Below, piece after piece: positions 55,262 to 64,000 of a stretch of 64,000 nt of DNA. The notes below the pieces were generated by a model, which saw only the letters and a list, made by a program, of their open reading frames with translations, made no database searches and was not told the origin of the DNA. The position numbers and the translations under genes are program-made. This DNA comes from Terriglobia bacterium (GTDB taxonomy: Bacteria; Acidobacteriota; Terriglobia; 2-12-FULL-54-10), in the NCBI GenBank assembly GCA_963666975.2, contig CAXVYR010000003.1, forward strand, positions 864,001 through 928,000, read 5' to 3'. The stretch's first letter is position 1. Each line of letters begins with the position of its first letter.

Positions 55262-56707
55262 ATGACGAAGCGAGAGAGCAAAACAGGAAACGAGAAAACG
55301 ATGCGAAACGAAGAAAGCAGCAACAACCTTCCCCTGGCCTCGGTCCTCCTTCCCGATCCCGGCAAGCCCATTGCGGAACAGGAACTCGCAGTTCTTCTCG
55401 CCATGTGCCTGTTCGGCGAGGCGCGGGGCGAGAGCGACCTGGCTCGCCGGGCCGTGGCGCAACTGCTGCTGAACCGTGCGAGAACCCCCCGGCGCGCCTT
55501 TGGCTCCAAACCCGGAGCGGACTTTGCGGAAAATCTCCGCCGCGTGATCCTGCAACCTTGGCAGTTTTCCTGCTTCAACCCGGGCGACGCCAATCGCGCG
55601 AAATTGCTGCATCCGCTCGATCACGAGGAGCCTCAAGTATGGGAGCGCTGCTTCCGTTGCGCCCAGCAAGCTCTGCAAGCCGGTGATTACAACGCGCAAC
55701 ATAACGCGGACCCGCGCGACGAGCTGACTGCGAACAGCGATCATTACTTCGACGATTCCATCCAACCACCCGCCTGGGCTGACCCTTCCAAGCAAACCGT
55801 GAAGATCGGGCGGCTGAATTTCTACCGCCTCTACCTGTCTCCGCCGGCTGCTGCGCAGACTGACGACTCCGTCGGCCAGTATGGCGCGAGCGCGCACTCT
55901 GCGGCGTTTCTCGAAAAAAGTGAAACTGCCGGCGGCAACCCGCGAGCGCGCCAAGCCGGGAAGAAGCTGCCAAGCCGTGAAGTAGCCGGCGACAGCCCCT
56001 GGAAAGGCGCTGTAGCAGCGGCAACCTTGCCGGGGACATCCTCTTCCGGTTCCCTCCTCACAACGGGCCTCCCTTCTCCGCATCTCCCGGACACCAGCAA
56101 CATCCGCCCGGGACCGTCTCAGCGGCATAAGCGGAAAGGGAGGCTCGCCGCCTTTGTCCTCATGCTGCTCGCGCCGTTCCGCTCGGTGCGGCACAGCGGC
56201 CAGCGAGGCAAACTGGGGATAGCTGCGGCATTGAGCTTGACTCTGCTGCTCGCCGCTTGCACTGACCTGGAGCGCGCTGCCTACCAGACACTGGCCGTAA
56301 CCCGTGCGGAGTACGAGACCGTCCAGCGTCACGTTGCCGAGGCCGCGGTACACGGGCTCATCACCACCCAGCAGTGGAATCGCTTTCAAGCCGAAGGCCA
56401 TCGCTTCATCGACGCGCACAACACCGCCGCCGATGCGTTCGCCCTTTGGAGCACGATGAAAACGGACGGAGACGCCGCACGCTTGGAAGCGATGCTTCAA
56501 ATCCTCCCCCGGCTGATCCGTGAGATCAACCGCCTCGTGGAGAGCTTCCAGGAAAAACCGGGGTCGGGAGTAAACAGTCAGGAGCCGATGGCCGGAAGTG
56601 CGCTAGTGCTGCCACCGGCAAAAACGCCTGTCCCAAGCTTGGTGAAACAAAGTTTTGTGAAACAAAGACTGATTAAACAAAGACTGGTGAAACAACGATG
56701 GCTTTGA
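55262..56707 (+). CDS. SleB/Hydrolase_2-type cell-wall hydrolase (endolysin) read through into a lipoprotein
   Basis: FGEARGE, LNR, QFSCFN, ..HY., IGRLNFY; internal lipobox LLLAAC. Confidence 0.75.
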   Translation: MTKRESKTGNEKTMRNEESSNNLPLASVLLPDPGKPIAEQELAVLLAMCLFGEARGESDLARRAVAQLLLNRARTPRRAFGSKPGADFAENLRRVILQPWQFSCFNPGDANRAKLLHPLDHEEPQVWERCFRCAQQALQAGDYNAQHNADPRDELTANSDHYFDDSIQPPAWADPSKQTVKIGRLNFYRLYLSPPAAAQTDDSVGQYGASAHSAAFLEKSETAGGNPRARQAGKKLPSREVAGDSPWKGAVAAATLPGTSSSGSLLTTGLPSPHLPDTSNIRPGPSQRHKRKGRLAAFVLMLLAPFRSVRHSGQRGKLGIAAALSLTLLLAACTDLERAAYQTLAVTRAEYETVQRHVAEAAVHGLITTQQWNRFQAEGHRFIDAHNTAADAFALWSTMKTDGDAARLEAMLQILPRLIREINRLVESFQEKPGSGVNSQEPMAGSALVLPPAKTPVPSLVKQSFVKQRLIKQRLVKQRWL

Positions 56708-56890
56708 GCGAAAAACAATTGCAATTGATCGAGGAAGGTATCCGCCTGGCGCTGGCTGCCGTATTGGCGGCGGTCCGGGCAGCCGGTGATGACCGAGGAG
56801 ATTGACTGGAACTCGGTGCGGATCACCGAGACGCCGGAGATGGCTCTGGCAAGGGCGCGCCGCGCGAAGCAACTGCGGCCGGCAGATTAA
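56698..56890 (+). CDS. Small phage protein, probably frameshifted near 56788
   Basis: MALSEKQLQLIEEGIRLA... continuing as MTEEIDWNSVRITETPE in another frame. Confidence 0.4.
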
Positions 56891-56911
56891 CGGCTCTTCC
56901 AAGCCGCAACT

Positions 56912-56941
56912 AATCTGAGCCGCGACCGCAAGGGAGCGGTC
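56912..56941 (+). repeat. REP-like repeat family A (intergenic copy)
   Basis: aatctgagccgcgaccgcaagggagcggt; related copies at 59130-59209, 60071-60101 and 60197-60272. Confidence 0.75.
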
Positions 56942-56970
56942 CCTGCTTAAAACGGAAACGGCGAGTAAGA

Positions 56971-57456
56971 ATGCTTGCCCAAACACAGAAGACGGCAATG
57001 AATCAGCAACCCATCCCGCAACCCATCCCGCAACCGGCCTCCCCCGGCCTCGTCTCCGGCGGCCTCAAAAAAGCCGCCGGACCGGCAGCCGGAGCCGTTG
57101 TCGGCACCTCGGTCATTGTCCTGCTGGTGGAGCTGGCCCGTTCGGGCGCGCTGGCGCAATACGCGGACTTGCTCGCGCCGCTTCTCGGATGGGGACCCGG
57201 ACTGTTCATCCTGATGGGCTTCCTCTGGCTGGCGCACAGCTACGCGCCCCCGCTGATCGAATCTCAGCGCTCCACCGCCACGGCCTTGCAGAAGCTCGCC
57301 GACACGGTGGAATACAACGCCGGCAGCCAGCACGATCTGGTGCTGGCCATGCAAGTGAACTCGGACAAACTCGAGCAGGTGCGCAACACCGTTGCCGACC
57401 TGCAAGATCACGTACAGCAACTGAAGGAGGAGTGGCGTAATGGCCGAACGCAGTGA
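56971..57456 (+). CDS. Two-TM plus coiled-coil phage membrane protein (holin-like)
   Basis: Two hydrophobic helices, C-terminal coiled coil, lysis-region position. Confidence 0.55.
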   Translation: MLAQTQKTAMNQQPIPQPIPQPASPGLVSGGLKKAAGPAAGAVVGTSVIVLLVELARSGALAQYADLLAPLLGWGPGLFILMGFLWLAHSYAPPLIESQRSTATALQKLADTVEYNAGSQHDLVLAMQVNSDKLEQVRNTVADLQDHVQQLKEEWRNGRTQ

Positions 57457-57757
57457 GCCAAGACCTTCTTTGAAGCACGACTTCCGGCGGGGGGAAATCG
57501 TCTGGGTGCTGAAGCAGGACTATCCCCACATGGTCACCTTCCGCCACCTGCAACTGGCTTTGCGGGACCGCAACATCCCTCTCTCGCAAAGGGACATGGA
57601 AGGCTATCTCAGTTATCTCGAGGAGGGCGGCTTCGTGCGCTGCAAGCGGCGCTACGACGAGAAGGAGTCGCGCGACAGGATTCTGGCTGCTTCGCTCACC
57701 GGACGCGGGATTCTGCTGCTCGACAAAAAAATTACCGACGCCGGAGTGCGCTTCTAA
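57440..57757 (+). CDS. Small winged-helix protein, Mu gp26-like
   Basis: L.YLEEGG.V...LTGRG..LL; directly precedes the gp27-like gene. Confidence 0.6.
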   Translation: MAERSEPRPSLKHDFRRGEIVWVLKQDYPHMVTFRHLQLALRDRNIPLSQRDMEGYLSYLEEGGFVRCKRRYDEKESRDRILAASLTGRGILLLDKKITDAGVRF

Positions 57758-57868
57758 CTGCTGCGCAGACTGACTTGCGCGAGCGCGCCAAGTCACGAGG
57801 AGTTGCCAAAACGGGTAGCGGCCTACGAGAACTCAGCACCGCAAGGATCGAATCCTTAAATAAAATGA

Positions 57869-58513
57869 ATGCCCAAACAGCAACAATTCGCCGTCGAGAA
57901 GCTGAGCGAGGCTGCGCAAGCTCTCATGCACCAGATACTCGACCAGCAGGCATCGCCCAAATCCATTGCCCGCGCCTTGCGGGAGCGGACCGGAAAACAC
58001 ATCTCCTCTGCGGCGATTACCCGTTACGCCGCCGATTACTGGGAGCAGCAACAGAAACGGCAGCAGGCGCGACAGCGGACCGACGCCTTGATCGAACGGG
58101 CCCGGCAGCAAGGTTACGAAATCTCCGCGTTGCTGCGCGCGGCGGTTCTCGAAGCATTTACTCAAACCCGCCGCAACGGCCCTCTCAAGAAAATCAGCCC
58201 GCTGCAACTGGAGTCCGCCGAGCGGAAGCGGAGGGAGCTGGCGCTCAAGGAAGAACAGGTGTGGCTCACCGGACGGCGCGTGAAAGTCTTCGAGCAAGGC
58301 TGGGAACTCAAGCGCAAAAAGGCGCAAGCGGATTTCAAAAAGCTCGACCGCAAAGCGAAGCTGGGCGAATCGCTGACAGCCGGCGACGTGAGACGAATCC
58401 GGGAGATTTACGAGATCTATGACGAATGGCAGCCGGAACCAGACGAGACCGCAACGGATGAAACCTATGGAAACTCGCAAGAAATCGAAGCCAGTGAAAT
58501 CCCGAAAGCCTAA
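57869..58513 (+). CDS. Mu gp27/DUF3486-like putative small terminase
   Basis: VEKL..., ISSAAITRY, coiled coil, C-terminal IREIY; precedes TerL. Confidence 0.65.
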   Translation: MPKQQQFAVEKLSEAAQALMHQILDQQASPKSIARALRERTGKHISSAAITRYAADYWEQQQKRQQARQRTDALIERARQQGYEISALLRAAVLEAFTQTRRNGPLKKISPLQLESAERKRRELALKEEQVWLTGRRVKVFEQGWELKRKKAQADFKKLDRKAKLGESLTAGDVRRIREIYEIYDEWQPEPDETATDETYGNSQEIEASEIPKA

Positions 58514-60152
58514 GGCTGCTGCGCAGACTCCTTCAGCGCGAGCACTCACGCAGCGGCAGTTCCCGAAAAACGCGAAATTGCCGGCGGCAGTCCCTCTTTA
58601 TCCTTACCAGAAGCGATGGGTCATGGACGACTCGCGCTTCAAGATTGCGGTCAAGTCCACTCAAATCGGCTTCAGCTTTGCCGCCGCGCTCGAAGCCGTG
58701 CTGGACTGCCTCGAAAAGCGGACCCTCTGGATCGTCCTCTCGCGCGGAGATCGTCAGTCGCTGGAGTTTATGCAGAAAGTTCAACAGCATACGAAAGTGT
58801 TGCAGATTGCCATCTCCATGCTCGAAACAGCTTTCTTTGATAGCGCGACCATCCGGAAGCGCGAGGTGAAATTCCCCAACGGCTCGCGCATCATCGCCCT
58901 GCCTGCCAACCCGGCCACGGCGCGCGGCTATACCGGCAATATGATCCTCGACGAGTTTGCTTTCCATCAGCAGGACCGTGAGATTTGGGCCGCCGCCTTC
59001 GGCCGCGTCTCGCGGGGCAACCTGAAGCTGCGCGTTATCTCAACCCCCAACGGTCGACGCGGAAAATTTTTTGAGCTTGCCCAGGAAGCCGGCCTCGCCG
59101 ATGGCGCTCCCGGCAGTCCCCCAACGCCGAATCCGAGCCGCGACCAATCCGAGCCGCGCGCGTCAGCAAGCGGACATAATCCGAGCCGCGACCGCGAGGG
59201 AGCGGTCACTCCCTCCGGCAAAAGACAAGACACAAGCCTCTGGTCCGGGCACTGGTGCGACGTGCATACGGCGGTCCGCCAGGGCTGCCCTATCGATCCG
59301 CAGATGTTGCGTCAGGCCATCGGGGACACCGAGACCTGGCAACAGGAATACGAGTGCATTTTCCTCTCCAACAGGCAGAACTACATCCCCATCGACCTGC
59401 TTGTCGAGTGCGAGCATCCGCAGGCCACCTCATCGCTTCCCGCTGATTGGCAACCAAGTCCCAACCGGGAGTGCTACTTCGGCTATGACGTGGGCCGCGT
59501 GCACGACCTTGCCGTTGTGGCTCTGGTCGAAAAAGTCGGCGATGTCTTTTGGACGCGCGCTCTGCTGGAGATGCCCAACACCAAATTCTCTGCCCAGGAA
59601 AAGGCTCTCAGCGATCTTGTCCCTTTCTGCTTGCGCGGCGCAGTGGATGCCACCGGCCTGGGGCGGGAGATGGCGGAGCGCCTGGCGGAAAAGTTCGCGG
59701 GGCGGGTCGAACCCGTGACCTTTACTGCGGCCGTCAAGCAGGAGATGGCCATACGCATGAAGCGGCATTTTGAGGAGCGCACCCTGCGGATTCCCGACAA
59801 CCGTCCTTTGCGCCGCGACCTGAACGCCGTCAAGCGCATCGTCACCTCGGCGGGCAACATTCGGTTTGACGCCGAGCGCACCGACGACGGACATGCCGAC
59901 CGCTTCTGGGCGCTGGCGCTGGCCCTGCACGCCGCCGGGCACGGCAGCCTCGCAGCCCCTGCCCTCGGGGCGCTCGATAGCGACCCCGAATGGTACGAGC
60001 CGCAGGAACGCAGCTCAATTTACGAGGAGACCGCAGAGCTGCGTCAGAGAACGGTTTCTACCTTGCCGCAAATCCGAGCCGCGACAGTAATGGAGCGGTC
60101 ATTCTCCGAGGCTTTTGCCGCCACAAGACCGAGAGGATTGTTATGGGCTTAA
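58419..60152 (+). CDS. Terminase large subunit, Mu gp28-like
   Basis: LYPYQKRW, KSTQIGFS, LPANP.TARG, ILDEFAF, STPNG, GYDVGR, DATGLG, GHADRFWALALA. Confidence 0.9.
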   Translation: MTNGSRNQTRPQRMKPMETRKKSKPVKSRKPKAAAQTPSARALTQRQFPKNAKLPAAVPLYPYQKRWVMDDSRFKIAVKSTQIGFSFAAALEAVLDCLEKRTLWIVLSRGDRQSLEFMQKVQQHTKVLQIAISMLETAFFDSATIRKREVKFPNGSRIIALPANPATARGYTGNMILDEFAFHQQDREIWAAAFGRVSRGNLKLRVISTPNGRRGKFFELAQEAGLADGAPGSPPTPNPSRDQSEPRASASGHNPSRDREGAVTPSGKRQDTSLWSGHWCDVHTAVRQGCPIDPQMLRQAIGDTETWQQEYECIFLSNRQNYIPIDLLVECEHPQATSSLPADWQPSPNRECYFGYDVGRVHDLAVVALVEKVGDVFWTRALLEMPNTKFSAQEKALSDLVPFCLRGAVDATGLGREMAERLAEKFAGRVEPVTFTAAVKQEMAIRMKRHFEERTLRIPDNRPLRRDLNAVKRIVTSAGNIRFDAERTDDGHADRFWALALALHAAGHGSLAAPALGALDSDPEWYEPQERSSIYEETAELRQRTVSTLPQIRAATVMERSFSEAFAATRPRGLLWA

Positions 60153-61636
60153 CCCTGCTCAATTTGCAAGACGCGCGCCGGGAAGCCGCCGCTGCTTCCG
60201 AGCCGCGACCCAATCCGAGCCGTGACCGTAAGGGAGCGGGTCACCGCCCGCTTGCTGACCCACGCGTCTCTGCGCGCGAAGCCGCCTCGCCGGCCTTGCT
60301 GCTGGGGCAGGACCCGGAAGGTTTCCGCCCCTACGGAATACACCGGCGCTTTGGCTCGGCTCTTACCTCGCGCGATCTCAACCCCGTTCTGCACGCTCGC
60401 ATGCAGCAGGTTGCCTACTACCTCTATCTGGTCAACCCGCTGGCCCATCGCATCGTGGAGTACACCAAGAACTATGTCGTCGGCGACGGCGTGTCGGTGA
60501 AGGCGGAAGACCCGGCGGTTGGGCGCGTAGTCGAATCCTTCTGGCAGGATTCGGTGAACTGCATGGACTTTTCCCTGCCGGAGTTTGTCAAAGAGCTTGC
60601 CATCTTCGGCGAGCAGTGCTGGCTGACGGCGGTGAACCCTCTGAGCGGGCGCGTGCGGCTGGCGTATTTGGACCCGGCTGAGATCGACGCCGTGGAGTGG
60701 GGGGAGCTGGCCGTCGGCGCGGACGCAGCGGGGGCGGGGGGCACGGTTTCCGTCCCTGTCGCCATCCTGCGCCGCCGTGCGCCGGGTGAAACCGAGCCGC
60801 GCCGCTTTCGCATCATCCGTATCGAGGAAGACCCGGAAAGTCCCGACTACGGCCGCCTGGTGGGAGAGTGTTTTTATTTTGCGGTCAACAAGGCGCGCAC
60901 CGCTTCGCGCGGCGTCAGCGACCTGTTTGCCATCGGGGATTACCTCGACGGCTACGACAAAATGCTCTTCGGCCTCATCGACCGCGTCGGCTTCTCGAAC
61001 GCCTTCATCTGGGACGTGCTGCTGAAGGGAGCCACGGAAGAGAACATTCAGCAGTGGCTGAAGGAGCAACGCCCGCCTCGTCCCGGCTCGGTGCGCGCTC
61101 ACAACGAACAGGTGGAATGGAAAACGGTAGCGCCCGACTTGAACGCCCAGGACTTCAATGAAGCGGCCCGCACCATCAAGAACATGAACCTGGCTGGCGC
61201 GGGATTTCCCGAGCACTGGTTTGCCGAGGGTGGAAACGTGAACCGCGCCTCCGCCCTGGAGATGGGCGATCCCACTTTGAAGACGCTGGTCGAGCGGCAG
61301 GGCTTTACCGCCTTCATGATCCGCCAAGTGATCGAGTTCGTCATCGACCAAGCCGTCGCGGCCGGCACACTCCCGGAAACGATAAACCGCAAGTTCCATG
61401 TGCAGATGCCCGAGCTGAGCGTGCGCGACATGGGCAAGGCCGCCCTGGCGCTCTCTCAGGTGGGAACCACGGCGATGGAGATGCGCCGCGCCCAACTGAT
61501 CGACACGGAATCGGCGCAGGAACTGGTGGCCTCGGTGGCCTTGCAACTCGGAGTGGAGATGGACCTGGAAGAGGTTCGACGCAGGCTGGCAGAAGTCGGC
61601 GGTCAGGAAGCAGGAGGCGAAATTGACAAGCGCTAA
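60143..61636 (+). CDS. Phage portal protein (putative)
   Basis: Between TerL and protease; ~500 aa; NPLAHRIVE..YVVGDG, IFGE, RGVSDL, GFPEHW. Confidence 0.75.
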   Translation: MGLTLLNLQDARREAAAASEPRPNPSRDRKGAGHRPLADPRVSAREAASPALLLGQDPEGFRPYGIHRRFGSALTSRDLNPVLHARMQQVAYYLYLVNPLAHRIVEYTKNYVVGDGVSVKAEDPAVGRVVESFWQDSVNCMDFSLPEFVKELAIFGEQCWLTAVNPLSGRVRLAYLDPAEIDAVEWGELAVGADAAGAGGTVSVPVAILRRRAPGETEPRRFRIIRIEEDPESPDYGRLVGECFYFAVNKARTASRGVSDLFAIGDYLDGYDKMLFGLIDRVGFSNAFIWDVLLKGATEENIQQWLKEQRPPRPGSVRAHNEQVEWKTVAPDLNAQDFNEAARTIKNMNLAGAGFPEHWFAEGGNVNRASALEMGDPTLKTLVERQGFTAFMIRQVIEFVIDQAVAAGTLPETINRKFHVQMPELSVRDMGKAALALSQVGTTAMEMRRAQLIDTESAQELVASVALQLGVEMDLEEVRRRLAEVGGQEAGGEIDKR

Positions 61637-63963
61637 GTTACAAGTGACAAGGGACAAGAATTCATCACCCATCACTCGCCACTCGTCACTTTCTATCGTC
61701 GAAGCCACACTTGCCAGTGGAGCGCTGGTCGAAAGCCCTTCCAACGGCGGACCCGCGGGCATGAAGTGGCGTGTACGGATCTTTGAATACTGTCTCTCCA
61801 AGAACCGCTATCCCTATCCGGCTGCTGCGCAGACCGGCTTTGCGCGAGCGCGCCTAGCCCCGACCTTTGACCACTTGCCGGTGGCCGTGCCTTTGAAGTG
61901 GACCCTGCGCTCGGCCCGGGAGGCATTGCGCCACCTGGAGGGAGCGCGCTGCTTCGCCGACCATTCTCTCGATTCCCCGCCCGGCTGCTCGCCGGGCCGC
62001 AGCGTCCGCGACCTGGTTGGTTTTTACTCGGATGCCGCGATGGGTCCGCGCGGTCCCGAGGCCACGCTGACACTGCTGGAAAGTGACGGCTGGGCCCGCG
62101 CCAAGCTGCTGGCCGCGTGGCATGCGGGCCGCCCGGACCTGATCGGTTTCAGCGTGGACGCTGTGATCGGCGTTCGCCCCGTGGGCGAGGGCGGGTCGCG
62201 TGTGCTCGAGGTCGAGCACATCGCCGCCATCCACAGCGTGGACATGGTGAGCGCGGCATCGAGCGGCGGCCGCGCCATCGACATTCTGGAAAGTAACGTC
62301 GAAAGCAATGTAGAAAGCAATTCCGACGGCGGTCTTCCGGAAAGATTTATCGTTCGGTCAATGCAGATAAGTTCCCAGGAGGGAAACAGCGAAAGAATTC
62401 GCAGAAAAGGAGCAACCATGAAGGAAGAAATTGAACGATTGCTGGAGGCGCTCCGTCGTACGGGCGGAGAAGTTGCCGGCGGCCCCCTGGGGCGCTTGCA
62501 GGCAATGCTGGAAGCGGAGCTGGCTAAGCCGGAGGTGGATGCAGGCCGTGTCCTGGCGGCCCTGGCGGACTGGCTCTCCTCGCCGGACACAAACCTCTCG
62601 CCGGAAACGGCACAAGAACAAGTGCACGAACAAATAAATGTCCTGCGCCAGCGGATCAGCGAGGCCGTCAGGCAGCAGCAAGCGGCCGAGGGGCTTTCTC
62701 TGCTCGATAGCAAACTGGCCGGCTCCCGTTTGCCCAAGCCCCTGGCCAGCCTGGTAGCCAGCCGCTTCCCATTCGGCCAGCCGGTTGGTGATCGGCCCAT
62801 CAGCGAGCAGGCAGTGGAGGCGGAGATCCATCGCGTGCGCGAGGCCTATGCTGCCCTCTCTCCTGCCGGGAGAGTCATCGAGACGGGGCGCGTCCGCGTC
62901 CTGCAGGAGCCGTGCGACAAAATGCAGACGGCTCTCGACCGTCTGGTCGGTCTTCCGGCGGAGGACTCCTCCATCCCCGCCTTTCGCGGTATTCGCGAAG
63001 CCTACGTCACCTACACCGGCGATGAGGAGATCAGCGGCGCCGCCTCCAACCTGAGAATCCACGAGGAGTTCAATACCGCCGGATTCCCCAATGCCCTGAG
63101 CAACAGCCTGCGGCGGCTGCTGCTCCGGGATTATCAGGAGCAGGATTTTGGGATTGGCCTGATCGCCCAATTTTCGAGCGTCCCGGACTTCCGCACTCAG
63201 GAGCGGATTCGCGTGGGCTACTTCGGCGACCTGCCGACGGTCGACCCGGAGGCGGCGGACTACGACGAGCTCACCGCTCCGACGGATGAGAAGGCCAGCT
63301 ATTCCGTGGTCACTTTCGGAGGACTGGTCACCGTCACCCGCAAGATGATTATCAATGACGATCTCGGCACCGTTCCCAAAATCGCGGGGCGCCTGGGGCG
63401 CTCTGCCCGCCGAACGCTGGCTCAGCGCGTCTTCAATCTGATGATCAACAACGGCCTCATCTACGACAGCGTGGTTTGGTTCCACTCCACCCACGGAAAC
63501 CTGGGATCGACTGCTCTTTCGGCGGCCGAGCTGGACGGGGCGCACCGCCATGCGGAACCGCACCGAGAAGGACAGCGGCAAAAAGCTGGGGATCGGCCCC
63601 CATGTTCTGGTGGTGCCGAACGAACTGGAGGGGCTGGCCCGGCAGGAGAACGAGAGGCAATATGTCGACGCCAGCTTCACCCCCAACCGCGTGCGTTTTT
63701 TATTCGGCCCCTCCAGCGAGCGCGTCGTCGTCTCTCCGCTGCTCACCGACACCAACGATTGGTACGTCTTCGCCAGCAAAGAGGAGGCGCCCACGGTGGA
63801 GGTCGGATTCCTCCAAGGACGGCAGGAGCCGGAGTTCTTCCTGGCCGACAACCCGGCCTCGGGCACGGTCTTCACCAGCGACCGCATCCGGTACAAGGTG
63901 CGCCACGAGCACGAAGCCGTAGTCATCGACTATCGCGGCGCCTACAAAGAAGTGGTGGCTTAA
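61623..63963 (+). CDS. Prohead protease-scaffold-major capsid (Mu gpT-like) fusion; frameshift near 63540
   Basis: FADH, VG.Y, GFSVD, SVDMV; DFRTQ.R, VTRKMIINDDLG; tail in 63550-63963 (DTNDWY, EVGFLQG.QEP, YKVRH, DYRGAYK). Confidence 0.8.
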
Positions 63964-64000
63964 GCAATGACAGCCACAGAGGCACAGAGAACCGATGAAG

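Larger units (their letters stand above)
55262..63998 (+). mobile_element. Mu-like prophage late-gene module (continues past the window)
   Basis: Co-oriented lysis, gp26/gp27/gp28-like, portal and protease-capsid genes. Confidence 0.85.

Noticed and set aside
61636-61690. Heptamer-like runs (agtgaca/tcactcg) and cacagaggcacagag near 63975 as a separate system
   Set aside because: Too short and few to define; treated as further signs of host repeats accumulating in the phage module
5658-63560. Programmed frameshifting or stop-codon recoding for split genes (oxidase, receptor, hicA, tauE, IS1202 transposase, capsid)
   Set aside because: No slippery sites or recoding machinery seen, TAG is also used as a normal stop, and the window shows widespread indel-type errors; sequencing error or decay is simpler

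Overview
A 64-kb bacterial window, probably Acidobacteriota (inferred from the Oar-type TonB-dependent receptor, kinase-TolB_N-TPR protein and L21 with a Lys/Ala tail) and probably from a metagenomic or long-read assembly, given the many frameshifts and blended junctions. It has three zones. (1) About 1-46.8 kb is accessory DNA rich in insertion sequences: five copies of one IS256-family element, plus IS3, IS6 and IS1202/ISNCY elements and four ~130-bp MITEs. It also carries a copper cluster (cytochromes c, two-domain multicopper oxidase, TolC), a broken MmeI-like methyltransferase, six secreted YtcJ-like amidohydrolase paralogues around a TonB-dependent receptor with a long structured leader, two tmRNA 3'-end att repeats around a HicAB pair, and an IS-disrupted NhaP antiporter preceded by a candidate Na+ riboswitch. 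(2) 46.8-55 kb is housekeeping: plsC, folC, accD, rlmH, rsfS, nadD, obgE, rpmA, rplU and a TPR protein. (3) 55.2-64 kb is a Mu-like late-gene module (lysis, gp26/gp27/gp28-like, portal, protease-capsid) with no early or transposase genes on its left. It is colonised by two short palindromic repeat families, some translated in frame. All family assignments come from motif recognition by eye; no database searches were run.
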